Source of the DNA: Rebecca billardiae RCC1528
Lineage: Eukaryota; Protista; Haptophyta
NCBI GenBank assembly: GCA_965240325.2
Contig: OZ251239.1
Location: 1 to 64,000, forward strand
DNA length: 64,000 nt
Reading direction: 5' to 3'
The notes beneath the pieces are model-generated. The model had not been told where the DNA came from. It searched no databases and was given only the letters and a program-made list of their open reading frames with translations. The translations under genes and the position numbers were made by a program. Below are positions 1 through 10,479 of this stretch, piece after piece (position 1 is the first letter of the stretch; each line of letters opens with the position of its first letter).

Positions 1-705
1 CTAACCCTAACCCTAACCCTAACCCTAACCCTAACCCTAACCCTAACCCTAACCCTAACCCTAACCCTAACCCTAACCCTAACCCTAACCCTAACCCTAA
101 CCCTAACCCTAACCCTAACCCTAACCCTAACCCTAACCCTAACCCTAACCCTAACCCTAACCCTAACCCTAACCCTAACCCTAACCCTAACCCTAACCCT
201 AACCCTAACCCTAACCCTAACCCTAACCCTAACCCTAACCCTAACCCTAACCCTAACCCTAACCCTAACCCTAACCCTAACCCTAACCCTAACCCTAACC
301 CTAACCCCCTAACCCTAACCCTAAACCCTAACCCCTAACCCTAACCCTAACCCTAACCCTAACCCTAACCCTAACCCTAACCCTAACCCTAACCCTAACC
401 CTAACCCTAACCCTAACCCTAACCCTAACCCTAACCCTAACCCTAACCCTAACCCTAACCCTAACCCTAACCCTAACCCTAACCCTAACCCTAACCCTAA
501 CCCTAACCCTAACCCTAACCCTAACCCTAACCCTAACCTAACCCTAACCCTAACCCTAACCCTAACCCTAACCCTAACCCTAACCCTAACCCTAACCCTA
601 ACCCTAACCCTAACCCTAACCCTAACCCTAACCCCTAACCCTAACCCTAACCCTAACCCTAACCCTAACCCTAACCTAACCCTAACCTAAACCCTAACCC
701 TAACC

Positions 706-740
<35 letters not shown>

Positions 741-745
741 ACCTA
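1..745. repeat. Telomere, (CCCTAA)n / TTAGGG type
   Basis: CCCTAA runs from base 1. Variant units (CCCCTAA, CCCTAAA, CCTAA) become more frequent towards the proximal end. Confidence 0.99.
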
Positions 746-3700
746 AGCCCCTGGTTCCGTCGACTCCACCCACCGGGCGGTGCGGCGCGCGAGGAGCCAG
801 CTCGCCTGAAATCAGCGCGGCCGAGACCTCGCATTAATCGCGAAAATCAGGATATTATGCAGCGCCGCGCGCCGCCGCCGGGCGCGCGGGTGCACTCGGC
901 GCGCTCCCACAAGGCCTGACAGCTGGCCCTAGCCCCTGGTTCCGTCGACTCCACCCACCGGGCGGTGCGGCGCGCGAGGAGCCAGCTCGCCTGAAATCAG
1001 CGCGGCCGAGACCTCGCATTAATCGCGAAAATCGCAATAATATGCAGCCGCTCGCCGCCGCCGGCCTCGCGGGTGCACTCGGCGCGCTCCCACAAGGCCT
1101 GACAGTTGGCCCTAACCCCTGGTTCCGTCGACTCCACCCACCGGGCGGTGCGGCGCGCGAGGAGCCAGCTCGCCTGAAATCAGTGCGGCCGAGACCTCGC
1201 ATGAATCGCGAAAATCAGGATAATATGCAGCCGCGCGCCGCCGCCGGCCTCGCGGGTGCACTCGGTGCGCTCCCACAAGGCCTGACAGTTGGCCCTAGCC
1301 CCTGGTTCCGTCGACTCCACCCACCGGGCGGTGCGGCGCGCGAGGAGCCAGCTCGCCTGAAATCAGCGCGGCCGAGACCTCGCATTAATCGCGAAAATCA
1401 CTATAATATGCAGCCGCGCGCCGCCGCCGGGCGCGCGGATGCACTCGGCGCGCTCCCACAAGGCCTGACAGTTGGCCCTAACCCCTGGTTCCGTCGACTC
1501 CACCCACCGGGCGGTGCGGCGCGCGAGGAGCCAGCTCTCCTGAAATCAGCGCGGCCGAGACCTCGCATGAATCGCGAAAATCAGGATAATATGCAGCCGC
1601 GCGCCGCCGCCGAGCGCGCGGGTGCACTCGGCGCGCTCCCACAAGGCCTGACAGTTGGGCCTAACCCCTGGTTCCGTCGACTCCACCCACCGGGCGGTGC
1701 GGCGCGCGAGGAGCCAGCTCTCCTGAAATCAGTGCGGCCGAGACCTCGCATTAATCGCGAAAATCAGGATAATATGCAGCCGCGCGCCGCCGCCGGCCTC
1801 GCGGGTGCACTCGGCGCGCTCCCACAAGGCCTGACAGCTGGCCCTAGCCCCTGGTTCCGTCGACTCCACCCACCGGGCGGTGCGGCGCGCGAGGAGCCAG
1901 CTCGCCTGAAATCAGTGCGGCCGAGACCTCGCATTAATCGCGAAAATCAGGATAATATGCAGCCGCGCGCCGCCGCCGGGCGCGCGGATGCACTCGGCGC
2001 GCTCCCACAAGGCCTGACAGTTGGCCCTAACCCCTGGTTCCGTCGACTCCACCCACCGGGCGGTGCGGCGCGCGAGGAGCCAGCTCGCCTGAAATCAGCG
2101 CGGCCGAGACCTCGCATGAATCGCGAAAATCAGGACAATATGCAGCCGCGCGCCGCCGCCGGGCGCGCGGGTGCACTCGGCGCGCTCCCACAAGGCCTGA
2201 CAGCTGGCCCTAGCCCCTGGTTCCGTCGACTCCACCCACCGGGCGGTGCGGCGCGCGAGGAGCCAGCTCGCCTGAAATCAGCGCGGCCGAGACCTCGCAT
2301 TAATCGCGAAAATCACTATAATATGCAGCCGCGCGCCGCCGCCGGGCGCGCGGGTGCACTCTGCGCGCTCCCACAAGGCCTGACAGTTGGCCCTAACCCC
2401 TGGTTCCGTCGACTCCACCCACCGGGCGGTGCGGCGCGCGAGGAGCCAGCTCGCCTGAAATCAGTGCGGCCGAGACCTCGCATTAATCGCGAAAATCAGC
2501 ATATTATGCAGCGCCGCGCGCCGCCGCCGGCCTCGCGGGTGCACTCGGCGCGCTCCCACAAGGCCTGACAGTTGGCCCTAACCCCTGGTTCCGTCGACTC
2601 CACCCACCGGGCGGTGCGGCGCGCCCACCGGGCGGTGCGGCGCGCGAGGAGCCAGCTCGCCTGAAATCAGCGCGGCCGAGACCTCGCATTACTCGCGAAA
2701 ATCAGGATAATATGCAGCCGCGCGCCGCCGCCGGGCGCGCGGGTGCACTCGGCGCGCTCCCACAAGGCCTGACAGTTGGCCCTAACCCCTGGTTCCGTCG
2801 ACTCCACCCACCGGGCGGTGCGGCGCGCGAGGAGCCAGCTCGCCTGAAATCAGTGCGGCCGAGACCTCGCATTAATCGCGAAAATCAGGACAATAGGCAG
2901 CCGCGCGCCGCCGCCGGGCGCGCGGGTGCACTCGGCGCGCTCCCACAAGGCCTGACAGCTGGCCCTAGCCCCTGGTTCCGTCGACTCCACCCACCGGGCG
3001 GTGCGGCGCGCGAGGAGCCAGCTCGCCTGAAATCAGCGCGGCCGAGACCTCGCATTACTCGCGAAAATCAGCATATTATGCAGCGCCGCGCCGCCGCCGG
3101 GCGCGCGGGTGCACTCGGCGCGCTCCCACAAGGCCTGACAGTTGGCCCTAGCCCCTGGTTCCGTCGACTCCACCCACCGGGCGGTGCGGCGCGCGAGGAG
3201 CCAGCTCGCCTGAAATCAGTGCGGCCGAGACCTCGCATTAATCGCGAAAATCAGGATAATATGCAGCCGCGCGCCGCCGCCGGGCGCGCGGGTGCACTCG
3301 GCGCGCTCCCACAAGGCCTGACAGTTGGCCCTAACCCCTGGTTCCGTCGACTCCACCCACCGGGCGGTGCGGCGCGCGAGGAGCCAGCTCGCCTGAAATC
3401 AGTGCGGCCGAGACCTCGCATTAATCGCGAAAATCAGGATAATAGGCAGCCGCGCGCCGCCGCCGGGCGCGCGGGTGCACTCGGCGCGCTCCCACAAGGC
3501 CTGACAGTTGGCCCTAGCCCCTGGTTCCGTCGACTCCACCCACCGGGCGGTGCGGCGCGCGAGGAGCCAGCTCGCCTGAAATCAGCGCGGCCGAGACCTC
3601 GCATTAATCGCGAAAATCACTCTAATAGGCAGCCGCGCGCCGCCGCCGAGCGCGCGGGTGCACTCTGCGCGCTCCCACAAGGCCTGACAGTTGGCCCTAG

Positions 3701-6700
3701 CCCCTGGTTCCGTCGACTCCACCCACCGGGCGGTGCGGCGCGCGAGGAGCCAGCTCGCCTGAAATCAGTGCGGCCGAGACCTCGCATTAATCGCGAAAAT
3801 CAGGATAATAGGCAGCCGCGCGCCACCGCTGGGCGCGCGGGTGCACTCGGCGCGCTCCAGCAAGACCTGACAGTTGGCCCTTTGAACCCCTGGTTCCGTC
3901 GACTCCACCCACCGGGCGGTGCGGCGCGCGAGGAGCCAGCTCGCCTGAAATCAGTGCGGCCGAGACCTCGCATGAATCGCGAAAATCAGGATAATATGCA
4001 GCCGCGCGCCGCCGCCGGGCGCGCGGATGCACTCGGCGCGCTCCCACAAGGCCTGACAGTTGGCCCTGGCCCCTGGTTCCGTCGACTCCACCCACCGGGC
4101 GGTGCCGCGCGCGAGGAGCCAGCTCGCCTGAAATCAGCGCGGCCGAGACCTCGCATTAATCGCGAAAATCAGGATAATATGCAGCCGCGCGCCGCCGCCG
4201 AGCGCGCGGGTGCACTCTGCGCGCTCCCACAAGGCCTGACAGTTGGCCCTAGCCCCTGGTTCCGTCGACTCCACCCACCGGGCGGTGCGGCGCGCGAGGA
4301 GCCAGCTCGCCTGAAATCAGTGCGGCCGAGACCTCGCATTAATCGCGAAAATCAGGATAATAGGCAGCCGCGCGCCACCGCTGGGCGCGCGGGTGCACTC
4401 GGCGCGCTCCAGCAAGACCTGACAGTTGGCCCTTTGAACCCCTGGTTCCGTCGACTCCACCCACCGGGCGGTGCGGCGCGCGAGGAGCCAGCTCGCCTGA
4501 AATCAGTGCGGCCGAGACCTCGCATGAATCGCGAAAATCAGGATAATATGCAGCCGCGCGCCGCCGCCGGGCGCGCGGATGCGCTCGGCGCGCTCCCACA
4601 AGGCCTGACAGTTGGCCCTGGCCCCTGGTTCCGTCGACTCCACCCACCGGGCGGTGCCGCGCGCGAGGAGCCAGCTCGCCTGAAATCAGTGCGGCCGAGA
4701 CCTCGCATGAATCGCGAAAATCAGGATAATATGCAGCCGCGCGCCGCCGCCGGGCGCGCGGATGCACTCGGCGCGCTCCCACAAGGCCTGACAGTTGGCC
4801 CTGGCCCCTGGTTCCGTCGACTCCACCCACCGGGCGGTGCCGCGCGCGAGGAGCCAGCTCGCCTGAAATCAGCGCGGCCGAGACCTCGCATTAATCGCGA
4901 AAATCAGGATAATATGCAGCCGCGCGCCGCCGCCGAGCGCGCGGGTGCACTCTGCGCGCTCCCACAAGGCCTGACAGTTGGCCCTAGCCCCTGGTTCCGT
5001 CGACTCCACCCACCGGGCGGTGCGGCGCGCGAGGAGCCAGCTCGCCTGAAATCAGTGCGGCCGAGACCTCGCATTAATCGCGAAAATCAGGATAATAGGC
5101 AGCCGCGCGCCACCGCTGGGCGCGCGGGTGCACTCGGCGCGCTCCAGCAAGACCTGACAGTTGGCCCTTTGAACCCCTGGTTCCGTCGACTCCACCCACC
5201 GGGCGGTGCGGCGCGCGAGGAGCCAGCTCGCCTGAAATCAGTGCGGCCGAGACCTCGCATGAATCGCGAAAATCAGGATAATATGCAGCCGCGCGCCGCC
5301 GCCGGGCGCGCGGATGCACTCGGCGCGCTCCCACAAGGCCTGACAGTTGGCCCTGGCCCCTGGTTCCGTCGACTCCACCCACCGGGCGGTGCCGCGCGCG
5401 AGGAGCCAGCTCGCCTGAAATCAGCGCGGCCGAGACCTCGCATTAATCGCGAAAATCAGGATAATATGCAGCCGCGCGCCGCCGCCGGGCGCGCGGGTGC
5501 ACTCGGCGCGCTCCCACAAGGCCTGACAGTTGGCCCTAGCCCCTGGTTCCGTCGACTCCACCCACCGGGCGGTGCGGCGCGCGAGGAGCCAGCTCGCCTG
5601 AAATCAGTGCGGCCGAGACCTCGCATTAATCGCGAAAATCACTCTAATAGGCAGCAGCGCGCCGCCGCCGAGCGCGCGGGTGCACTCGGCGCGCTCCCAC
5701 AGGGCCTGACAGTTGGCCCTAGCCCCTGGTTCCGTCGACTCCACCCACCGGGCGGTGCGGCGCGCGAGGAGCCAGCTCGCCTGAAATCAGTGCGGCCGAG
5801 ACCTCGCATTAATCGCGAAAATCAGGATAATAGGCAGCCGCGCGCCGCCGCCGGGCGCGCGGGTGCACTCTGCGCGCTCCCACAAGGCCTGACAGTTGGC
5901 CCTAACCCCTGGTTCCGTCGACTCCACCCACCGGGCGGTGCGGCGCGCGAGGAGCCAGCTCGCCTGAAATCAGTGCGGCCGAGACCTCGCATTAATCGCG
6001 AAAATCAGCATATTATGCAGCGCCGCGCGCCGCCGCCGGCCTCGCGGGTGCACTCGGCGCGCTCCCACAAGGCCTGACAGTTGGCCCTAACCCCTGGTTC
6101 CGTCGACTCCACCCACCGGGCGGTGCGGCGCGCGAGGAGCCAGCTCGCCTGAAATCAGTGCGGCCGAGACCTCGCATTAATCGCGAAAATCAGGATAATA
6201 TGCAGCCGCGCGCCGCCGCCGGGCGCGCGGGTGCACTCGGCGCGCTCCCACAAGGCCTGACAGTTGGCCTTAGCCCCTGGTTCCGTCGACTCCACCCACC
6301 GGGCGGTGCGGCGCGCGAGGAGCCAGCTCGCCTGAAATCAGTGCGGCCGAGACCTCGCATTAATCGCGAAAATCAGGATAATATGCAGCCGCTCGCCGCC
6401 GCCGGGCGCGCGGGTGCACTCGGCGCGCTCCAGCAAGGCCTGACAGTTGGCCCTAACGCCTGGTTCCGTCGACTCCACCCACCGGGCGGTGCGGCGCGCG
6501 AGGAGCCAGCTCGCCTGAAATCAGTGCGGCCGAGACCTCGCATTAATCGCGAAAATCAGGATAATAGGCAGCCGCGCGCCGCCGCCGGGCGCGTGGGTGC
6601 ACTCTGCGCGCTCCAGCAAGGCCTGAAAGTTGGCCCTAACGCCTGGTTCCGTCGACTCCACCCACCGGGCGGTGCGGCGCGCGAGGAGCCAGCTCGCCTG

Positions 6701-7279
6701 AAATCAGTGCGGCCGAGACCTCGCATTAATCGCTAAAATCACTATAATATGCAGCCGCGCGCCGCCGCCGGGCGCGCGGGTGCACTCGGCGCGCTCCCAC
6801 AAGGCCTGACAGTTGGTCCTAACCCCTGGTTCCGTCGACTCCACCCACCGGGCGGTGCGGCGCGCGAGGAGCCAGCCCGCCTGAAATCAGCGCGGCCGAC
6901 ACCTCGCATTAATCGCGAAAATTACTCTAATATGCAGCCGCGCGCCGCCGCCGGGCGCGCGGGTGCACTCGGCGCGCTCCAGCAAGGCCTGACAGTTGGC
7001 CCTAACCCCTGGTTCCGTCGACTCCACCCACCGGGCGGTGCGGCGCGCGAGGAGCCAGCCCGCCTGAAATCAGTGCGGCCGAGGCCTCGCATTAATCGCG
7101 AAAATCGCAATAATAGGCAGCCGCGCGCCGCCGCCGAGCGCGCGGGTGCACTCGGCGCGCTCCTGCAAGGCCTGAAAGTTGGTCCTAGCCCCTGGCTCCG
7201 TCGACTCCACCCACCTGCGGTGCGGCGCGCGAGGAGCCAGCCCGCCTGAAATCAGTGCGGCCGACACCTCGCATTAATC
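746..7279. repeat. Subtelomeric 183-bp tandem satellite, ~35-36 copies
   Basis: CTGGTTCCGTCGACTCC recurs at 751, 936, 1119 and onward, a period of 183. There are 185- and 186-bp variant units and one unit with a 21-bp internal duplication near 2600-2645. Most units carry CCCTAACCC or CCCTAGCCC. Confidence 0.98.
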
Positions 7280-7930
7280 CCTACGCGGCCTGTTTGCCTG
7301 AAGTGCCACCCGCCTGAGCCGCCGAGCGCGCGCGCGGCCGTTAGGTGACCGGAGCGAGGCCAAGCACGCGCCGCTCTCGCCTCTACCCGGCGGTTCGGAG
7401 CCGCCCGACACATATGCTCGACGGCCAGCAAGCGCTCGCTCGAGAGCGGGCCCTGCGTGACCGTTCCTATGCACCTATTTAATATTATACTGCGCCACTC
7501 GCTGACCCCGTCGAGCGTCGCGCGCGCGGCCTGTATGTGACCGGAGCGAGGCCAAGCACGCGCCGCTCTCACCTCTACCCGGCGGTTCGGAGCCGCTCAA
7601 TACATATACTCGACGGTGAGCAAGCGCTCGCTCGAGAGCGGGCCCTGCGTGACCGTCCCTATGCGTCCTGTTTGCCTGAACTGCCACCCGCCTGAGCCGC
7701 CGAGCGCGCGCGCGGCCGTTAGGTGACCGGAGCGAGGCCAAGCACGCGCCGCTCTCGCCTCTACCCAGGCGGTTCGGAGCCGCCCGACACATATGCTCGA
7801 CGGCCAGCAAGCGCTCGCTCGAGAGCGGGCCCTGCGTGACCGTCCCTACGCAGCTATTTGCTCTCACAGTCACTCGCCGACCCCGCCGAGCGCGCGCGCG
7901 GCCGCGGTAGGTGACCAGAGCGTGAGCCAG
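7280..7930. repeat. Second subtelomeric satellite, ~189-bp monomers arranged A-B-A-B'
   Basis: CCTGTTTGCCTGAA occurs at 7289 and 7667 (period 378), and CTATTT-starting units at ~7475 and ~7854. The shared core is GTGACCGGAGCGAGGCCAAGCACGCGCCGCTCTC. Confidence 0.9.
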
Positions 7931-8540
7931 CAGACGCTCGCGCCCAGCGCGCGCCGGCTCGAAGCGAGCGCGATGCGGCCGCGGCGGCCTCGTGGGGCGC
8001 GATTTGCGCGCGGCGGGACGCGCCCGTCGCAGGGGCGCGCGGCGGCGAGCGCGTCGCCAAGCGCCGCGACGCGCTGCTCGGCACATCGCGCGGCTGTGAC
8101 CGCCGCCGCAGCTGGGGTCATGCGCGGGCCGAGGGGGAGCGGACGCGGCGCGAGCGCATCGACTCAGCTCGCGTGCAGTGTGAGGCTGCATGGAGGCTCC
8201 GCCCCAACGCGGCCCGCGCCGCTTCGCTCGGCGAGCGCTCGGAGCGCGACGCGCGCTGTCGGGCGCCGGCCGCGCGCGCGGGGGCCACCGCCGCGCACGC
8301 GGCGAGTGACGGGGCAGCCGTCACGCGGTCGCAGCAGCGGGCGCGCCATCTCGCATTTTTGCTGGGCACCACGCACACGCGCGACGCGCGGTGTGCGCGC
8401 GCGCCACGCAGCGCGCCCGCCTGTGCTGCGAAGCGCGCGCCAAGTCGGCCCCCGGCCGGGCCGGTTCCTCGGCAGCCATCGTGATCCGGCGGCCAAGGAG
8501 AATCACAAAAATGTACGGCCGGCTCCGCCGGCGCCGGCAT

Positions 8541-9405
8541 CAGGGATGCTGGATTCAATGAATCTCAATCGCCTTTCAATGTTTCATTGAATTCATTGAA
8601 TTCACTGAATTCAATGAATTCAATGAATTCAATGAATCCGAATTCAACGTTTTTCCGACTCTCCCAAATGGCGCCTAAATGCAGTCTAGAGGCGCTGAAT
8701 GTGACCCTACAGCGTGTCAGACTTCCTCCGAGTCGGCGGCGGCGCTGGAGACACCCTGCTCGAGGTCCTGCACGCGTGCAGCAGGGTCTCCGTGCCGGAC
8801 TCCTCGGCGCACGCGTGCGCGCAGCCGTGACGCTGCCGTGGCCTTGTCGGCGGCCTTTGCCAAGAGCCGAGAATTCTCGCGGTCCGTTGGCGAGGCGGAG
8901 GTCCCTGAAGAGCGCCGATGGCCGAGTGCGGCGCTTGATGTACTTGGCGGCATCATCCACAGCAGTCCTCAGCCACTAGCCAGTCCGCAGCTCACTGGAC
9001 GCCGATGCAACGGTGACGCCCGCCAGGTCGCGCCGTCGCGGTGCTGTGGAACTTAGCCGATCCGACGAACTCCAGCACACAGTCCGATTCTGAGTTCTGA
9101 CGAGTCTGAGTGAATCTGCTGCTTGCTTATTGATGATGCCGTGTATAGTGGGGGCGGAATGGGTGCATGCATGTTGTGCGCACTGCTACAGTCCGCATGA
9201 CTCGCCGTCGGTGGCCCCGCGGTCACAGCCCCGCACGCCGCGCTCGGCGCGCACGCGGCAGCGCTGCACACACTACAGTATTACTAGTCACCGCTACTAT
9301 ACTGGTCAGGAAATCATTATTGAATCCTGCCGCGATTCAGTGTCAATGAATTCAATGATTCATTGAATTTTATATTTTTCATTGATTCAATGTTCGGCAT
9401 CCCTG
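8541..9405. mobile_element. Non-autonomous hAT (Ac/Ds-like) DNA transposon, 865 bp
   Basis: Termini are CAGGGATGC...GCATCCCTG; the Ac TIR begins CAGGGATG. A perfect 8-bp TSD GCCGGCAT lies at 8533-8540 and 9406-9413. Both ends carry subterminal arrays of ATTCAATGA/TCATTGAAT. No recognisable transposase. Confidence 0.9.
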
Positions 9406-10479
9406 GCCGGCATGAATAACTGCTGAATTTGGCTCGGCGGCGATGGGCGATGATGGCGGCGTGGCCTCGCGAAAGCCATCGCCGCCTCCCGCGACAGCGC
9501 AGCCGCGCGCGAGGCGGCCGGCCGGGCAGCGGCGGCGAGGGCGCGCCCATGCCGCCCTCGCCATGCGCGCCGCTCGCCGGCGCGAGCCCGTGCGAGGCCG
9601 ACGACCTCGCCACCATCGGCGCCGGCGGCCCGCGGCCGCGGCCGCGGGCGCGCGGGCGCCCGGCAGCCAGCCGCGAGCGCGGCGTGCGGCGCGGGCGCGC
9701 GCGAGGGCGGCGCCGCCGAGGCGCGCGCGCTCGGGCCAACCGGCGGTGCACGGCGCGCGGAGGCCCGGCGCGGCTCGTCCTCCTCGGGCGCGGGCGCTGC
9801 GCGTAGCCGTGCTCGGGTGCGGCCGCGCAGGCGGGGGCGGCGCCACGCGCCCGTGCCGCCGCGCGCCGGGCTCGTGGTGCCAGCGCTCGACCGGCTGGCC
9901 GCGGGGCCGCCGCCCTCGCCGCCGCGGGGCGCGCCGAGGCGGCGCAGCGACGCGGCAGTCGCTTCGGCCCGGCCGAGGGCGCGACCGGCGCGAGAGAGGG
10001 GGAAGGGGCGGAGACGGTAGACGCTCGCGCAGCGCCTGCCGGCAGGCGCCCGCCTGCGAGCGGCGCCGAGACGGAGGCCGTGGCGGCGCGCGAGTGCGGC
10101 TCGGCGGCGCCGAGCGCCGCGTCGCTCGGAGAGCCGCCACGCCGCGCAGCGGCATGCGCGTCACAGAGCGTGCGTGCAGTCGCGGGCAAGAGGACAGTCC
10201 AAGCGCGCAGCACGCACCCCGCGCGAAACCGCAGTGCGCAGGCTGCTGCTCGTCGGCGCGAGCCTCGCCTGCCAGGCCGCTGCGGCCCGAGCCGCGACGC
10301 CCGGCGGTCGCGAGCCGCCACGCTGCGCGCAGCTACGCCTGCGCCGAGGCAGTGAGCGCGCACGCGCGCGTAGCGGACGAGGAGCACGCATACGCGCGTG
10401 CGCGCGTTACTGACCCGCCGGCACCTCCCGCCGTTGCGCCCGTCTGCAAAGCGAGACCAACCCCGCGGCGAGCTCGGGC

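Noticed and set aside
1042-7249. Long ORFs (508, 1121, 192 and 166 aa) of 61-aa repeats in the satellite
   Set aside because: They arise because 183 is divisible by 3 in GC-rich DNA. They are broken by 185-bp frameshifting units and a TAA at 6734, and show no codon bias or domain.
746-7279. CRISPR array, tRNA/5S array or telomerase RNA genes
   Set aside because: There are no unique spacers or cas genes, GGTTCCGTCGACTCC is only B-box-like with no cloverleaf, and CCCTAACCC is mutated in many units and better explained as a seed.
8556-8646. Coding NSMNSM repeat ORF (8587-8979)
   Set aside because: It is the subterminal 9-bp repeat array of the hAT element.
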